Shown in pieces: positions 1 through 9,476 of a stretch of 64,000 nt of DNA; positions within the stretch are counted from its first letter, which is position 1; each line of letters opens with the position of its first letter. The translations under genes and the position numbers were made by a program. Under the pieces are notes generated by a model. It did not search any database. It worked only from the letters and a program-made list of their open reading frames with translations, and had not been told where the DNA came from. Source of the DNA: a virus (taxonomy: Duplodnaviria > Caudoviricetes); the IMG/VR virus record IMGVR_UViG_3300005544_000020, positions 128,001-192,000 of that record; one strand, 5' to 3'.

Positions 1-290
1 CTGGAAAGCGCTGGTCGCCATTCCCAAAGCCTTCGCTTGTTCTTGCGGCGTGTCCAGTCCAAGGACATTTTTATACTTTCTGCTCATGATCCTCTTCTCC
101 GTATGGAAGGAGATCCGCTTCTTTATGCCGCAGGCCGTGCATCTCGCTGACGGCCTTTGGGACGGTCCTTAGATGCAGGATGCACAGATCCACAAAGAAC
201 TCCTGGCCGTCTCTTTCGTTCCTGATCTGGAACAAGGCCGGCATCAGGCATCCGTTGTAGGCGCAAGACGGCCATAGTCCGAACATCGCA

Positions 291-1373
291 TCAGGACGTC
301 TGAGAGATCAGAGCATCCAGGTCCTCATCTCCGTTGATTGTGTTGTACCAGGTCAGCGCGGAATCCTGTTCCTCGAAGAGAACCTCGTGCTGCCAGGGCT
401 GTCCTCCAAAGGGATCGATTCGTTCGATCTTGAGGACCCAGTTGTTCGTTCGGTCTTCCTCTGGAGAAAGGAGTTCCAGGTTGATATAGCCGACTTTCCT
501 TTTCGAGCTTCCCAGCTCGATCAGCATTTCGGCTCCCATGGTGGCCTTCTTCTTTTTCGGACGATCCTTGAAGCTCCGTTCCTCCGGAGTATGGTAATCG
601 ACGCCCAGGAAGTCGTAGAAATCCCGTTCGTCTGCGGATTGGAGAAGAGGCTCGCCAGTTTTAGCGTCCCAGATGCCGTATTGGTCTAGTTTCCATCCAC
701 GGCGCTTGGCGATCGAGCGCATGGCGATATTGTGCTGCCAATCGCCCGTGTACATAAAAAGCATCGCGCCGAGCTCGTCGACCTTGTGGGCGATATAGAG
801 CTCGACGGGGACGCCGTCCATGATCTTCTTCTGAATTCTTTCCCCGCCCTCATAGCCCAGCTTCTTGAGGTGAAGCAATAGGCCTTCGACATCGCCGTCC
901 TTGGGTAGGATCACCAGCTCGACATCGCCAATCTGAGGCCGCTGCCGGCGGATCGACCCTGCTACCAGAGCTACCTGAACGTACTTCTCGATTTCTCTCA
1001 AGACCCGGGTGGCGAGCTTCTGAGCTTTCGTAAGAGGAATAGTGCTCTTCACGCGCCGGCCCATTTCGATCAGCATCTCAGCGCCCATGGCCGCTTTACC
1101 ACTCTTCTGAGGCGTGATCGAGACGAAGGCGCCGCTGGGAGGATCACCGATCAGGATCGAAACACCGTCATCCGAATACTTCTCCCAAAGCTCGATATGG
1201 GCATTCCACCGAGCCGTGGCATCGCCTTCAGTCTGGCATCCGATGGTATGACTCGCTACCCAATAACCGACGGCGACACCGCTGTCGCCGCAGGCATTGA
1301 CGTCCCTTTCGGCTTCCCGAAGAAGCTTCCAAGCCGCCGCCTGGGTCATGATCGGAAGCTCTTCGAAGTTCAT
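291..1373 (-). CDS. PolX-family nucleotidyltransferase core with unrelated N- and C-terminal segments; acidic triad appears to be D-x-E...E
   Basis: AGSIRR..IGDVELV, VPVELY, LFMYTGD..HNIAMRSIAKRRGWKLDQYG and FLGVDYHTPEER match the PolX palm/thumb; no PHP domain; start placed at the ATG overlapping the upstream TGA. Confidence 0.8.
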   Translation of the reverse strand: MNFEELPIMTQAAAWKLLREAERDVNACGDSGVAVGYWVASHTIGCQTEGDATARWNAHIELWEKYSDDGVSILIGDPPSGAFVSITPQKSGKAAMGAEMLIEMGRRVKSTIPLTKAQKLATRVLREIEKYVQVALVAGSIRRQRPQIGDVELVILPKDGDVEGLLLHLKKLGYEGGERIQKKIMDGVPVELYIAHKVDELGAMLFMYTGDWQHNIAMRSIAKRRGWKLDQYGIWDAKTGEPLLQSADERDFYDFLGVDYHTPEERSFKDRPKKKKATMGAEMLIELGSSKRKVGYINLELLSPEEDRTNNWVLKIERIDPFGGQPWQHEVLFEEQDSALTWYNTINGDEDLDALISQTS

Positions 1374-2332
1374 TGATTGTAGACGACTCTTCCCTGAGGC
1401 AAGCTGAAGGAGGTTCTCTTCTTCTTCCGCTTGCACTTCTTGCAGCCGATGACGTGATTGGGATTCATTTCGTCATGGAGTTCGATAGGACCCAAGGGCA
1501 CTGCTTCGGATCCAAGGAATCCACCGCCAGGATAAACCATCTTGATCGAGATTGGGCTCGAGACGATGGCCGGTGTGCTGTCATCACGGTTCCGGTACAC
1601 GTTGACCGCAACACTGACGGTCTGAGGGAACCAGAAGTTGATGGGATTCGAGAGCAGCGTTTCATTCCGTACATCACCAGCCGGAACCGTCATAAGCTTC
1701 ATGCCGACTTCACTGGGTTCCGGCTTCGACTTGAAGACGACCTGCCCTTCGTCATCCCGGATTTCCAGTCCGACGAAGAACGAGAGAGGATCCTTCCCCT
1801 GATTCCGAATGGAGAAGGCAAACGGCTGGTCGATCAGCATGTTGCGAACTGTGCCGCCCGTCCGATCCTGCCGCGGATCGAGCATGATGCTGAGCCTGCT
1901 GGCCAGCCAGCCCGGAGGCTCATTGGGAACAGGGTTATTCGACGACGGCGGCAGGATGCTGCTTCCGGTCGGAGATGGAGGTTCCGGCGCAGCCGGCTCC
2001 TGGAAGAGGAAGTAAAGACCGGCGGCGATCCCGGCGACGGCGCCCGCATAAGCAGCAGGCTTCCAGTCCTGAGAAAACGTCTCGGACAGATAGTAGGACG
2101 TGAGGCCGCCTCCGATCAAGGCCGAAGCCAGCCCGAGGTTCTTCTTGTTGATCGGGACGTCCGGAACAGCCTTCGCCACGATCAGCGACGCCAGATAAGC
2201 GCCGCCGGCCCAGGCGATGAACGGCAAGCCGAACCGGATCAGGATAGGAACCGCTGCTTGAACCTGACCAAGGTGCAGTCTTGGCCCATTCCCGAGCATC
2301 GGAACCTTTTTGGCTGGCTTCCACTTGGTCAT
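1370..2332 (-). CDS. Membrane protein with Ig-like/beta-rich soluble domain, putative virion or envelope protein
   Basis: Three hydrophobic segments, Pro-rich linker, beta-rich domain; AGGAG RBS before MTKWK. Confidence 0.55.
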   Translation of the reverse strand: MTKWKPAKKVPMLGNGPRLHLGQVQAAVPILIRFGLPFIAWAGGAYLASLIVAKAVPDVPINKKNLGLASALIGGGLTSYYLSETFSQDWKPAAYAGAVAGIAAGLYFLFQEPAAPEPPSPTGSSILPPSSNNPVPNEPPGWLASRLSIMLDPRQDRTGGTVRNMLIDQPFAFSIRNQGKDPLSFFVGLEIRDDEGQVVFKSKPEPSEVGMKLMTVPAGDVRNETLLSNPINFWFPQTVSVAVNVYRNRDDSTPAIVSSPISIKMVYPGGGFLGSEAVPLGPIELHDEMNPNHVIGCKKCKRKKKRTSFSLPQGRVVYNQ

Positions 2333-2339
2333 ATAGCTC

Positions 2340-2579
2340 CTATTGCCATTTCTCTTGTTCTTTTTCGTAGGCTTCCCAGAACGGAACCGTGTATTGCCCG
2401 CTATCGGGGCTGAGCGGCAGGCCCTGGCAGCGCGGACAGCCCATGACGTGCCGCACGTCGCGCTGATCGTGAACTGTGACCGTCCCGAGGCGGATCTGTG
2501 GACGATCAAGAGGATTCCAGACCACTCGTACTTGTCTCATCGGCACGACCTCTTTGCGTTCTTCTTGAGTTTCCCCCAA
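2340..2579 (-). CDS. Small hypothetical protein with CxxC (true start probably MRQVRV)
   Basis: Packed ORF; its TAG overlaps the RBS of the next gene. Confidence 0.5.
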   Translation of the reverse strand: MGETQEERKEVVPMRQVRVVWNPLDRPQIRLGTVTVHDQRDVRHVMGCPRCQGLPLSPDSGQYTVPFWEAYEKEQEKWQ

Positions 2580-2806
2580 ACTACGGTCACATGATTCCCG
2601 CGCTTCTGACTCCGGAAGGTGCGGAAACAGGTCTTCGGCCGCTGCACCACCCGGAAGGATCCCGGCGTTTCGATCGTGATCCTGGCTTCCTTCCGAGAGT
2701 GCCGTTCCGCGATCATGCCGGCTTCTTCCTTCGAATGGACGAAGGGATGGGTCTTCTTCACGACGACCGCCTGTTCGACCCAGACCTTCTTCGGCTTGGC
2801 CATCAT
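2537..2806 (-). CDS. Small basic hypothetical protein
   Basis: ATGA overlap with upstream gene; K/R-rich. Confidence 0.55.
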   Translation of the reverse strand: MMAKPKKVWVEQAVVVKKTHPFVHSKEEAGMIAERHSRKEARITIETPGSFRVVQRPKTCFRTFRSQKRGNHVTVVWGKLKKNAKRSCR

Positions 2807-3294
2807 TATCTCCGAAGGATCAGGCAGAGCCGGCCCCAGAAACGAGCCAGTTGATTCCTGTCTTGGATCACCATGGCGTAGTTCTTCTTGAAGTCTGCCA
2901 TGTCCCCCGAAGCGAGCGCCAGGATGTAACCGCCGGTCGCGGTCACATGGGTGAGGAAGAGTTTCTCGAACTCCTGCTTCGGGAAACCCGGGATCTCGCT
3001 CTCGTAAAGCCTGGTCTGATCGTTCGCATTCAGGATCAGGGCTTCGACCGCGGCATCGACCGTACCTTGGTCCTTGGCGAACGCGGCGTCCGTGAGCTGC
3101 TTCACCAGGGCGATGTGCTGGTTCATGAGCCGGGTGGCGTCAGGGATCTTGAGGAGATCTCCCCATTCCTCGGCGCCTTCGACGAGCTTATTGACGGCAT
3201 TCGCCTGCATCCGGGCATCTTTCTGGTTCGTCGCCGCGACGTACATGTACGTCTCGCCGACGTGATCGAACCACCAGGTTGCGCAGTCAGCCAT
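2806..3294 (-). CDS. All-helical protein with repeated His-containing helices (ferritin/hemerythrin-like bundle?)
   Basis: WFDHV, MNQHIAL, FLTHVTAT helices; packed ORF. Confidence 0.5.
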   Translation of the reverse strand: MADCATWWFDHVGETYMYVAATNQKDARMQANAVNKLVEGAEEWGDLLKIPDATRLMNQHIALVKQLTDAAFAKDQGTVDAAVEALILNANDQTRLYESEIPGFPKQEFEKLFLTHVTATGGYILALASGDMADFKKNYAMVIQDRNQLARFWGRLCLILRR

Positions 3295-3488
3295 TACCGG
3301 CCCTTTCTGGCTTTCTTGACCATCTGAATCATTCGTTCCTGACGAAGGGCGCTCCTCTTACTCCTATGGCGCCCAAGGAGAAGACGAGGCTTCTTCTTGG
3401 AATAGAGGCAGATGGGAAAGCCGGGCTTCTTGTCGCCAGAATAGCAGGGCTTGATGATGCCCAACTGAAGACGGATTCCCCCAGGCAT
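3294..3488 (-). CDS. Small basic phage-type protein (CLYSK..LLGRH.SK..A..QER motif)
   Basis: AAGGAG RBS 7 nt before ATG; motif resembles small basic phage proteins. Confidence 0.55.
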   Translation of the reverse strand: MPGGIRLQLGIIKPCYSGDKKPGFPICLYSKKKPRLLLGRHRSKRSALRQERMIQMVKKARKGR

Positions 3489-3563
3489 GAAACGGCTCCT
3501 TGAAAGCTGAAGGCACGGGGGGAGTACCCTCGCCGATATTATGCCTTGTGGAGGGCGGAAAGT

Positions 3564-3782
3564 CTACTTGAACAGCGCGAAGCTGAGACCGGCGATCGCC
3601 GCTACCGTGGCCGTCGCTAGAAGGGTCCGGGTGAGGTCGTTCTTCCCCTCGTTGACCCACCTGGGCTGTGGGCCTACCGGCACTTCGGCAACTGGAGCCG
3701 GAGCTGGAGCTGGAGTCGGCGCCGGACTTGATTGTCCAAGGCGCGGCGCGCGGACGTTGGAGACCAGATATCGAACGCGCAT
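3564..3782 (-). CDS. Small tail-anchored membrane protein (RLGQ motif, Pro/Ala linker, C-terminal TM)
   Basis: RAPRLGQ, PAPAPA linker, LLATATVAAIAGLSFALFK. Confidence 0.6.
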   Translation of the reverse strand: MRVRYLVSNVRAPRLGQSSPAPTPAPAPAPVAEVPVGPQPRWVNEGKNDLTRTLLATATVAAIAGLSFALFK

Positions 3783-3812
3783 GCCTTCATCATACTCGAA
3801 TCATCCGGAAGA

Positions 3813-4817
3813 TCAAGCCTGACCGACGATAGACCTCCAGTCCTGAACCAGATGGGAAAGGATCACGTCGTCTCGAAAACAGGACGCCCGCTGCATGGCC
3901 GTCTCCGAGATCAGGTTCCAGTTGCTGTCATTCCAGCTTGCTGTTTCCTGAATCAACTTGGCGGCCTCTTCGGGATTCTTGTAGAAGGCTCCAGCTTCGC
4001 TGATGTAGGACCTGGCTGCCGGCACATCGAGAGCCAGGACATAGGATCCCGTCGCCATCGCCTCCACGATAGAGATCGGCATTCCAAAGGCATGGCCTTT
4101 GGGGTCATGGGTATCGAGATAGATGCCCGCGCGCCGATTGATATCGGACGCGACCTGAGGATGAAGATCGATCAAGATCTGCACACGATCCTTGACGTAC
4201 CCGTTCAGCCTGTTGAGCTGATCTAGGAACTCATCGCCACCACCAGCCCTTGAGATCCCCAGGATGAAGCGGAATTCGGGACAGCGATTGGCGACCGCGA
4301 GCACATCCTCAAGACCTTTCGTAGGAAGGCCTGCAGCGAGACGCACCACCAGCTTACGGTCCTTGCAGACTGCCGGCGGGTGAAGCTGAGGATCGTATGC
4401 CACGGGAAGCGGGAAGGCCTTGGCATGCCCACCCATCGCTGCCACGAAATGAGGGAAAAGATACAGTCTCTTGACCGAAGCCTGTTCCCCAAGTTCCCGG
4501 GCAAGGCTCGGATTCCAGTCGAAGGAATGACCGCGGATCGTAACCGGAATGCCCGGCGGGATCTCATGCAGATGACGTTTGGCGACCACCAGATAGTGGA
4601 TATGAACAAGGTCAGGACCGACCGCAGCAATCGTTTCAGCCAGGCTTCCGCGATGGACCATGCATTGTGGAGCAAGATCCGGATGATAGTTCGTCTGCGA
4701 CCAGACATGAACCTCGACTCCGCATCGTTGGGCGAAGGCGATCTCCGTCGCGATGTAGGTCTCAGAGATCTGAGGGTAATTCCAGAGTAGATACAGAACT
4801 CTCATCGGGTTTCCCAT
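3813..4817 (-). CDS. GT-B fold glycosyltransferase (GT4-like)
   Basis: YPQISETYIATEI N-terminus; FGMPISIVEAMATG motif. Confidence 0.8.
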   Translation of the reverse strand: MGNPMRVLYLLWNYPQISETYIATEIAFAQRCGVEVHVWSQTNYHPDLAPQCMVHRGSLAETIAAVGPDLVHIHYLVVAKRHLHEIPPGIPVTIRGHSFDWNPSLARELGEQASVKRLYLFPHFVAAMGGHAKAFPLPVAYDPQLHPPAVCKDRKLVVRLAAGLPTKGLEDVLAVANRCPEFRFILGISRAGGGDEFLDQLNRLNGYVKDRVQILIDLHPQVASDINRRAGIYLDTHDPKGHAFGMPISIVEAMATGSYVLALDVPAARSYISEAGAFYKNPEEAAKLIQETASWNDSNWNLISETAMQRASCFRDDVILSHLVQDWRSIVGQA

Positions 4818-5403
4818 TCGCTTTAAAGAGGATCGAAATTATCTCGTCACGCCAGATGAACGGGTTGTAGTCCGGAAAGTAGAAGTCGGCAGTGCTTCTG
4901 ATAAAATCGTAATCCCCCTCGTATCGGTCCGAAAAACGGCCAAGCTTGCTCTTGATATTGGGCACCGCGACCATCTGACTGCTCACGTTCCCAATGCGAA
5001 GCTGATGGTCTTGCCAGAGAATGCCTTTGCCATGAATCATCCGGAACATGAAGGGATATCCCGGTTTCTCTCGGATCGCGGACTTGATGGACTTGAATGC
5101 TCCCGGAAGGTATTGGTCATCGTCGTCCATGAAGGTGATGTAGGCCTTCTTAGCCAGGTCGATGCCGAAGTTTCGAGCCCTGGCGCCCCAATCGTGGTGA
5201 GGGCCACCGGGAATTTCGAAGTAGCCATATTGAATTCCGTACTGCTGGACGAGTTTTTTTGTTTCTGGATAGGCTCCGTCACCGACGACGAACACCTGGT
5301 CGAACATTTCAAGCTGAGGGACGATCGAATCGAGAGTATCCTTGACCGATGAGCGACCGATCGTAGGAATGATGATCGTCAGGGCGTCATCGATCTCTGT
5401 CAT
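4762..5403 (-). CDS. GT2-family (GT-A) glycosyltransferase
   Basis: LTIIIPTIGR, ARNFGIDLA, YITFMDDDD. Confidence 0.85.
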   Translation of the reverse strand: MTEIDDALTIIIPTIGRSSVKDTLDSIVPQLEMFDQVFVVGDGAYPETKKLVQQYGIQYGYFEIPGGPHHDWGARARNFGIDLAKKAYITFMDDDDQYLPGAFKSIKSAIREKPGYPFMFRMIHGKGILWQDHQLRIGNVSSQMVAVPNIKSKLGRFSDRYEGDYDFIRSTADFYFPDYNPFIWRDEIISILFKANGKPDESSVSTLELPSDL

Positions 5404-6014
5404 GCCTGGATTCCATGCTTCAACCGGATCGCCTCGAGAGACTCTTCGAAAGGCACCGAGGCGGAGATCCCGATATCGAAATGATGGAGCTCAAAGAGAG
5501 TCTTCGGAATGTAAACCCCCCGATGGCCCATGCTCGCGAGCGTCAACCACAGGTCCCAATCCTGGAACCTCTTGATGGTCGAATCGAAGCCCACGAAGGC
5601 TTCCCTTCTCATGAGGCTCATCGTTTCCACGTAATTCCCACGCTTGAGTGATTCTATATTCCAAGGCATGGCCTTGCGAATGCCGTTTCCATTGGGGTAG
5701 GGAATGCCCTGATACATGACGTGGCGCGCATCGGAATATGCGAACGTGGAATCCGGATTCGCTTCAAGGGCTCTCAGCATTTCGATCAACGCAAATTCAT
5801 ATAGGTAGGAATCATCGTCCACGAACATCAAATAGGGTTGCGTGGCCTTCGTCGCGCCGACATTCCTCTTCTCGCAAGCGCCTCCATCCCAATCTTCGAT
5901 GATGATCTCTAGTGGATTGTTGTCGATAACCTGGGGGAGGCAATTCTGAAGGAACCAGCTTTCCCTGTCCTTCCGATGAGGGATCACTACGCTGATTGGC
6001 AGCGGAGCAAACAC
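5400..6014 (-). CDS. GT2-family (GT-A) glycosyltransferase
   Basis: ISVVIP, KRNVG, YLMFVDDD, GFD...FQDWDLWL. Confidence 0.85.
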   Translation of the reverse strand: MFAPLPISVVIPHRKDRESWFLQNCLPQVIDNNPLEIIIEDWDGGACEKRNVGATKATQPYLMFVDDDSYLYEFALIEMLRALEANPDSTFAYSDARHVMYQGIPYPNGNGIRKAMPWNIESLKRGNYVETMSLMRREAFVGFDSTIKRFQDWDLWLTLASMGHRGVYIPKTLFELHHFDIGISASVPFEESLEAIRLKHGIQA

Positions 6015-6033
6015 ACCCTCTCTCCCCAGCAGA

Positions 6034-6867
6034 CTACTTATCGAGCACTACCATGACCGTGTTCACGCCCGTGCCGCTCTCTTCAAAGCTTCCCTCAGGA
6101 AGAGGCTCAATATGGCCGTGCTCCGCCACCAGATTCTGAAAGGCTACAGCTTTCTTATTGGTCCTATAGTCAGTCCCACCGGACATGATGGCGACCAGGC
6201 GTCCACCTGGCTTCAAGAACTTCCAGGCATGAAGGACATGGTCGATGTCCTGCTGTTTTGAGAATGGAGGATTCATCAGGATGCGGTCGTAGAGTGGCTT
6301 CTTCTTCCGATACTTCATGAAGTCCTTGCCGACGAGCTTGTAGCCTTTCTCCTTGAGGACTTGGCGATTGGATGGCTCGATCTCGATCACGTGGATGGAC
6401 GAGATCGGCACATGCGCCCGGATCACGTCCGCAATGGCACCGTGCCCTGCGGAGGGCTCAAGGACCAAGGAGTCCATGTTGGAGACGTGATCCCCGAAGA
6501 TCACCGCCCGATCCATCATGAGATTCGCCACCGCATCGGGCGTCTCAAAGAATTCGAAGGTCTTCTTGACGTCGACGGCTTCGCCGGCCTGCATCGCCTC
6601 CGCGATCTTCTCGCTGGGATCTCCAGGGAAGACATGGCCGCGGGCGCTGCGGTTCCATTTACCTCCCAAGACCTCGAGCGCTTTGTTCAGGCGAACGTAG
6701 GTATCCCGATCAAGCTGTTGAGTGATGTAGGCGACATTGCCCTCGATCCTCAGGTTCATGAGCAGGTTCTTGATATCGTCATCGATGTGGACGACTTTCT
6801 TTTTGATCATGCAATCCTCAGATGACTCTCTTGAGACCCCCGGTTCGATGACGCACCACCGTCCCAT
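6034..6867 (-). CDS. N6-adenine-type SAM-dependent DNA methyltransferase (start probably MIKKKV)
   Basis: VLEPSAGHGAIAD (motif I), ILMNPPFS (motif IV), LKPGGRLVAI. Confidence 0.85.
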   Translation of the reverse strand: MGRWCVIEPGVSRESSEDCMIKKKVVHIDDDIKNLLMNLRIEGNVAYITQQLDRDTYVRLNKALEVLGGKWNRSARGHVFPGDPSEKIAEAMQAGEAVDVKKTFEFFETPDAVANLMMDRAVIFGDHVSNMDSLVLEPSAGHGAIADVIRAHVPISSIHVIEIEPSNRQVLKEKGYKLVGKDFMKYRKKKPLYDRILMNPPFSKQQDIDHVLHAWKFLKPGGRLVAIMSGGTDYRTNKKAVAFQNLVAEHGHIEPLPEGSFEESGTGVNTVMVVLDK

Positions 6868-7010
6868 CTCTCGGACGTTGCTGGGTCGGCCTCCAGGCTT
6901 TGAATTTATTCACGTAGGCCGGGACCACCTCAGCATGCCCGTTGTCCCATCGCGACCAGTAGTAATAGCATCTGAGCCAGGGATCCCAGTGCTTGGTATT
7001 CTCGTGCATC

Positions 7011-7709
7011 CTAGGCCTTTACGGCATCCTTCCAAGCCTTTTCCGTAAGAGGAAGCGCCGTGGCCCCATGCGATGCGGCGATCTGATGGAAGAGGCCGAA
7101 GATCTGCTGATGAGCGACTTCCTTCTGCTCCTCGGGAACCTTGATTGTCAGGGCATCTGGGATGATCGTGACGAGAGCCCGGTCCGTCTGGGAAGTCCGG
7201 CAACTCAGGCACATGTTCTCGTTCTTCTTCCCGAACTCAGCCATCTTCCGCATGAACTGGAAGGTATTGCGGAATCCCTCGGAGAGGGCATTCACGCATT
7301 CCACGCAAGCCCCATCCTTGTCCAGAGGACAGGTGCATTTTGGCGCTTCGACCGTCTCAGGAGCCTTGGTCGGCTGTGCCTGCATTTCCTGCCGCTGTTT
7401 GGCCAGCTTGTTGGGAGCATCCTTGATGTGGACTTCGAAACGGAGAAGAGCATCAGCTCCGAGCTTGCGCGTCGTGGCGCCGGACAACGCCAGCGTCTTC
7501 TTGAGCCACGCTTCCGAGGCTTCCTTGCCCATGGCCTCTCTGAAGTTGGCATATGCGGATGCCAGGAGGGTCGAGATGGCCGTTTCAGCAAACTGGACGA
7601 TCTCCGGCATGGTGTAGGGACGTCCGAGCTGCTCGGTCAGGAACTGATCACAGATCGCAACGTATTGCTCCCCGATCTGCGTAACTACCCGCAGGTCCGC
7701 TTCGGCCAT
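7011..7709 (-). CDS. Hypothetical protein with Cys-rich metal-binding region
   Basis: CTC...CVEC...CLSC; RBS GGAG. Confidence 0.55.
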   Translation of the reverse strand: MAEADLRVVTQIGEQYVAICDQFLTEQLGRPYTMPEIVQFAETAISTLLASAYANFREAMGKEASEAWLKKTLALSGATTRKLGADALLRFEVHIKDAPNKLAKQRQEMQAQPTKAPETVEAPKCTCPLDKDGACVECVNALSEGFRNTFQFMRKMAEFGKKNENMCLSCRTSQTDRALVTIIPDALTIKVPEEQKEVAHQQIFGLFHQIAASHGATALPLTEKAWKDAVKA

Positions 7710-8161
7710 GTTCTATCTCCTTCCATTTCAAACCCCATCTCGCCCAGTGTTATCAATTCCTGAAATCCCTGTTCACCAAAGAACGCCCTCGCTCTCTCGG
7801 TGAGGGATTTCAGAATTTCATACTCTCGCTCGATATCTTCGATGTCCTGCGTCATGTCCATCATCTCGCGAGCGAAATCGTTGAACTCTGGGGCTCTGAG
7901 ATAGAGGTTCATGTCGTAGACCAGCATTTCCAGACTACCTTCGATGGTCGGCCATGTCCGGACGCCGGCCCCTTGGGTATACGGCATCTTGAGAACTACT
8001 CCAGGCCGGTTCAACGTCAGGATGAAGAACTTCTGCCCTGGATGATCTCTTTTACGGCAGATCATCTCAGGATAGACCTCGAGGTAATGGAAGGAGACGT
8101 CGTATTTTCGAATGAACCGTCCTAGCGTCCCTGGAATGAAGGTGATCTTTCTATGCTTCAC
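7685..8161 (-). CDS. Hypothetical protein
   Basis: Packed ORF in the coding frame series. Confidence 0.5.
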   Translation of the reverse strand: MKHRKITFIPGTLGRFIRKYDVSFHYLEVYPEMICRKRDHPGQKFFILTLNRPGVVLKMPYTQGAGVRTWPTIEGSLEMLVYDMNLYLRAPEFNDFAREMMDMTQDIEDIEREYEILKSLTERARAFFGEQGFQELITLGEMGFEMEGDRTWPKRTCG

Positions 8162-8684
8162 GGCCTAACTCCTTGAGAGTAGGCCATGATAGATCACGAG
8201 GGGCTACGTTGACCAGAGGAAGAGGCCAGTCGATGGCGCCGACCGGGCTTATTCCACGCTCCTGGGCAGGCTTGTAATCGTTGTCCACCAGATAAAGCAG
8301 ACTGGCGCCGTCGTCGAGCGCCTGGCACCCATGGGCAACGCCTCTTGGGATGAAAAGAGCATTCGCCTGAGGGTAGAGAATGACGCCATAGGATTCGCCG
8401 TAGGTCGGGCTATCGGGCCGAACGTCCACGATCGCGTCGTAGATACGCCAAGCGACCGCCATCACGATCTTGCCCTGGGCCCATGGATCCGCCTGCCAAT
8501 GCATTCCTCGCACGGTTCCGGACTTCTCGTTCCGGACCATGTTGACCCGGCGGATATCGAACTCGATGCCCTGAGCGGCGAGCTTCTCCCGAACGAAAGC
8601 CTCCGCAAAGGCACCACGATTGTCTCGGAAGAGATCGAGATGGATAAGAAAAGCGCCGGCGACAGGGGTTTTTTCGACGTTCAT
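8151..8684 (-). CDS. rmlC: dTDP-4-dehydrorhamnose 3,5-epimerase
   Basis: DNRGAFAE, GTVRGMHWQ, VDVRPDSPTYG, FIPRGVAHG, LLYLVDNDY. Confidence 0.92.
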   Translation of the reverse strand: MNVEKTPVAGAFLIHLDLFRDNRGAFAEAFVREKLAAQGIEFDIRRVNMVRNEKSGTVRGMHWQADPWAQGKIVMAVAWRIYDAIVDVRPDSPTYGESYGVILYPQANALFIPRGVAHGCQALDDGASLLYLVDNDYKPAQERGISPVGAIDWPLPLVNVAPRDLSWPTLKELGREA

Positions 8685-8718
8685 GAGAAGATCTGAGTGA
8701 TCTCCATGAACTCTCTCC

Positions 8719-9012
8719 TTATCGGTTCTTATCCGGGCCCGTCATCAGCATCAAAACGGCACCGATCACGAGGATCAATACCGCCGTGAAGAACCCCATC
8801 AGCATGATACCGGGTTTACGGCTGGATTCATAGATCCGTGTTTCCGGCTCCAGATTTTGCGGCTGAGCCCACCCTTCCTCGATCCCGATCTGGGTGCAGC
8901 GCAGGCAAAGGGGTCTGCCCGAGAGGATCCTGCAGCCGGCAGGAAAACCGATCACTTCGTCTTCGCAGTGGCCGCAGAAGTATTCGGTACTAGTCGGATA
9001 TTTGTTCGCCAT
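8719..9012 (-). CDS. Zn-finger plus C-terminal TM small protein
   Basis: CxxC...CxxC and a hydrophobic tail. Confidence 0.55.
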   Translation of the reverse strand: MANKYPTSTEYFCGHCEDEVIGFPAGCRILSGRPLCLRCTQIGIEEGWAQPQNLEPETRIYESSRKPGIMLMGFFTAVLILVIGAVLMLMTGPDKNR

Positions 9013-9247
9013 CGTCGTTCTTCTTCCCGCGGACTGCTTTCCACGTCTCAGGCCACATGCCGTCGCCGAACTCGAAGCCGGTCTTGAGTGCGCTCCAGAT
9101 GAATCCGCCGATGATGCCGATGATCCAGAAGATGCCGAGCACGAAGATGAAGAAATAGCCGAGGCCGAGTTCCTTCCGGCGATCCGTCCGCTTCGTGGGA
9201 CATGACGTATCGAGATGGTCGAACTGCTCGCAATATCGGCACTTCAT
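8990..9247 (-). CDS. CCHC Zn-knuckle plus TM small protein
   Basis: CRYCEQFDHLDTSC followed by a TM helix; start reassigned to MKCRYC. Confidence 0.5.
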   Translation of the reverse strand: MKCRYCEQFDHLDTSCPTKRTDRRKELGLGYFFIFVLGIFWIIGIIGGFIWSALKTGFEFGDGMWPETWKAVRGKKNDDGEQISD

Positions 9248-9476
9248 TATTTCTTCCGGGGTCTTTTCAAAACCGCGATTTCTTCCCGCAGTTTCCGGTT
9301 CTCCTTTGACAGCCGGAAAAAGTTGTTTCTCTCCCGGGCCGCCTGATTCTTGTACCATACGAGATCCTCTCTCGCCCGCTCAAGCTTGGCCTTGCAGTTC
9401 AGGCACATGGCCACGGATACAACCGGTTCCAGGCAGTAAAAGCACGGGCCCTGAGCCACTTTACACCATCCCGGCG

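Noticed and set aside
3294-3782. Amber readthrough fusing 3564-3782 with in-frame 3294-3488
   Set aside because: In frame with no intervening stop, but the downstream gene has its own AAGGAG RBS and ATG; chance is plausible
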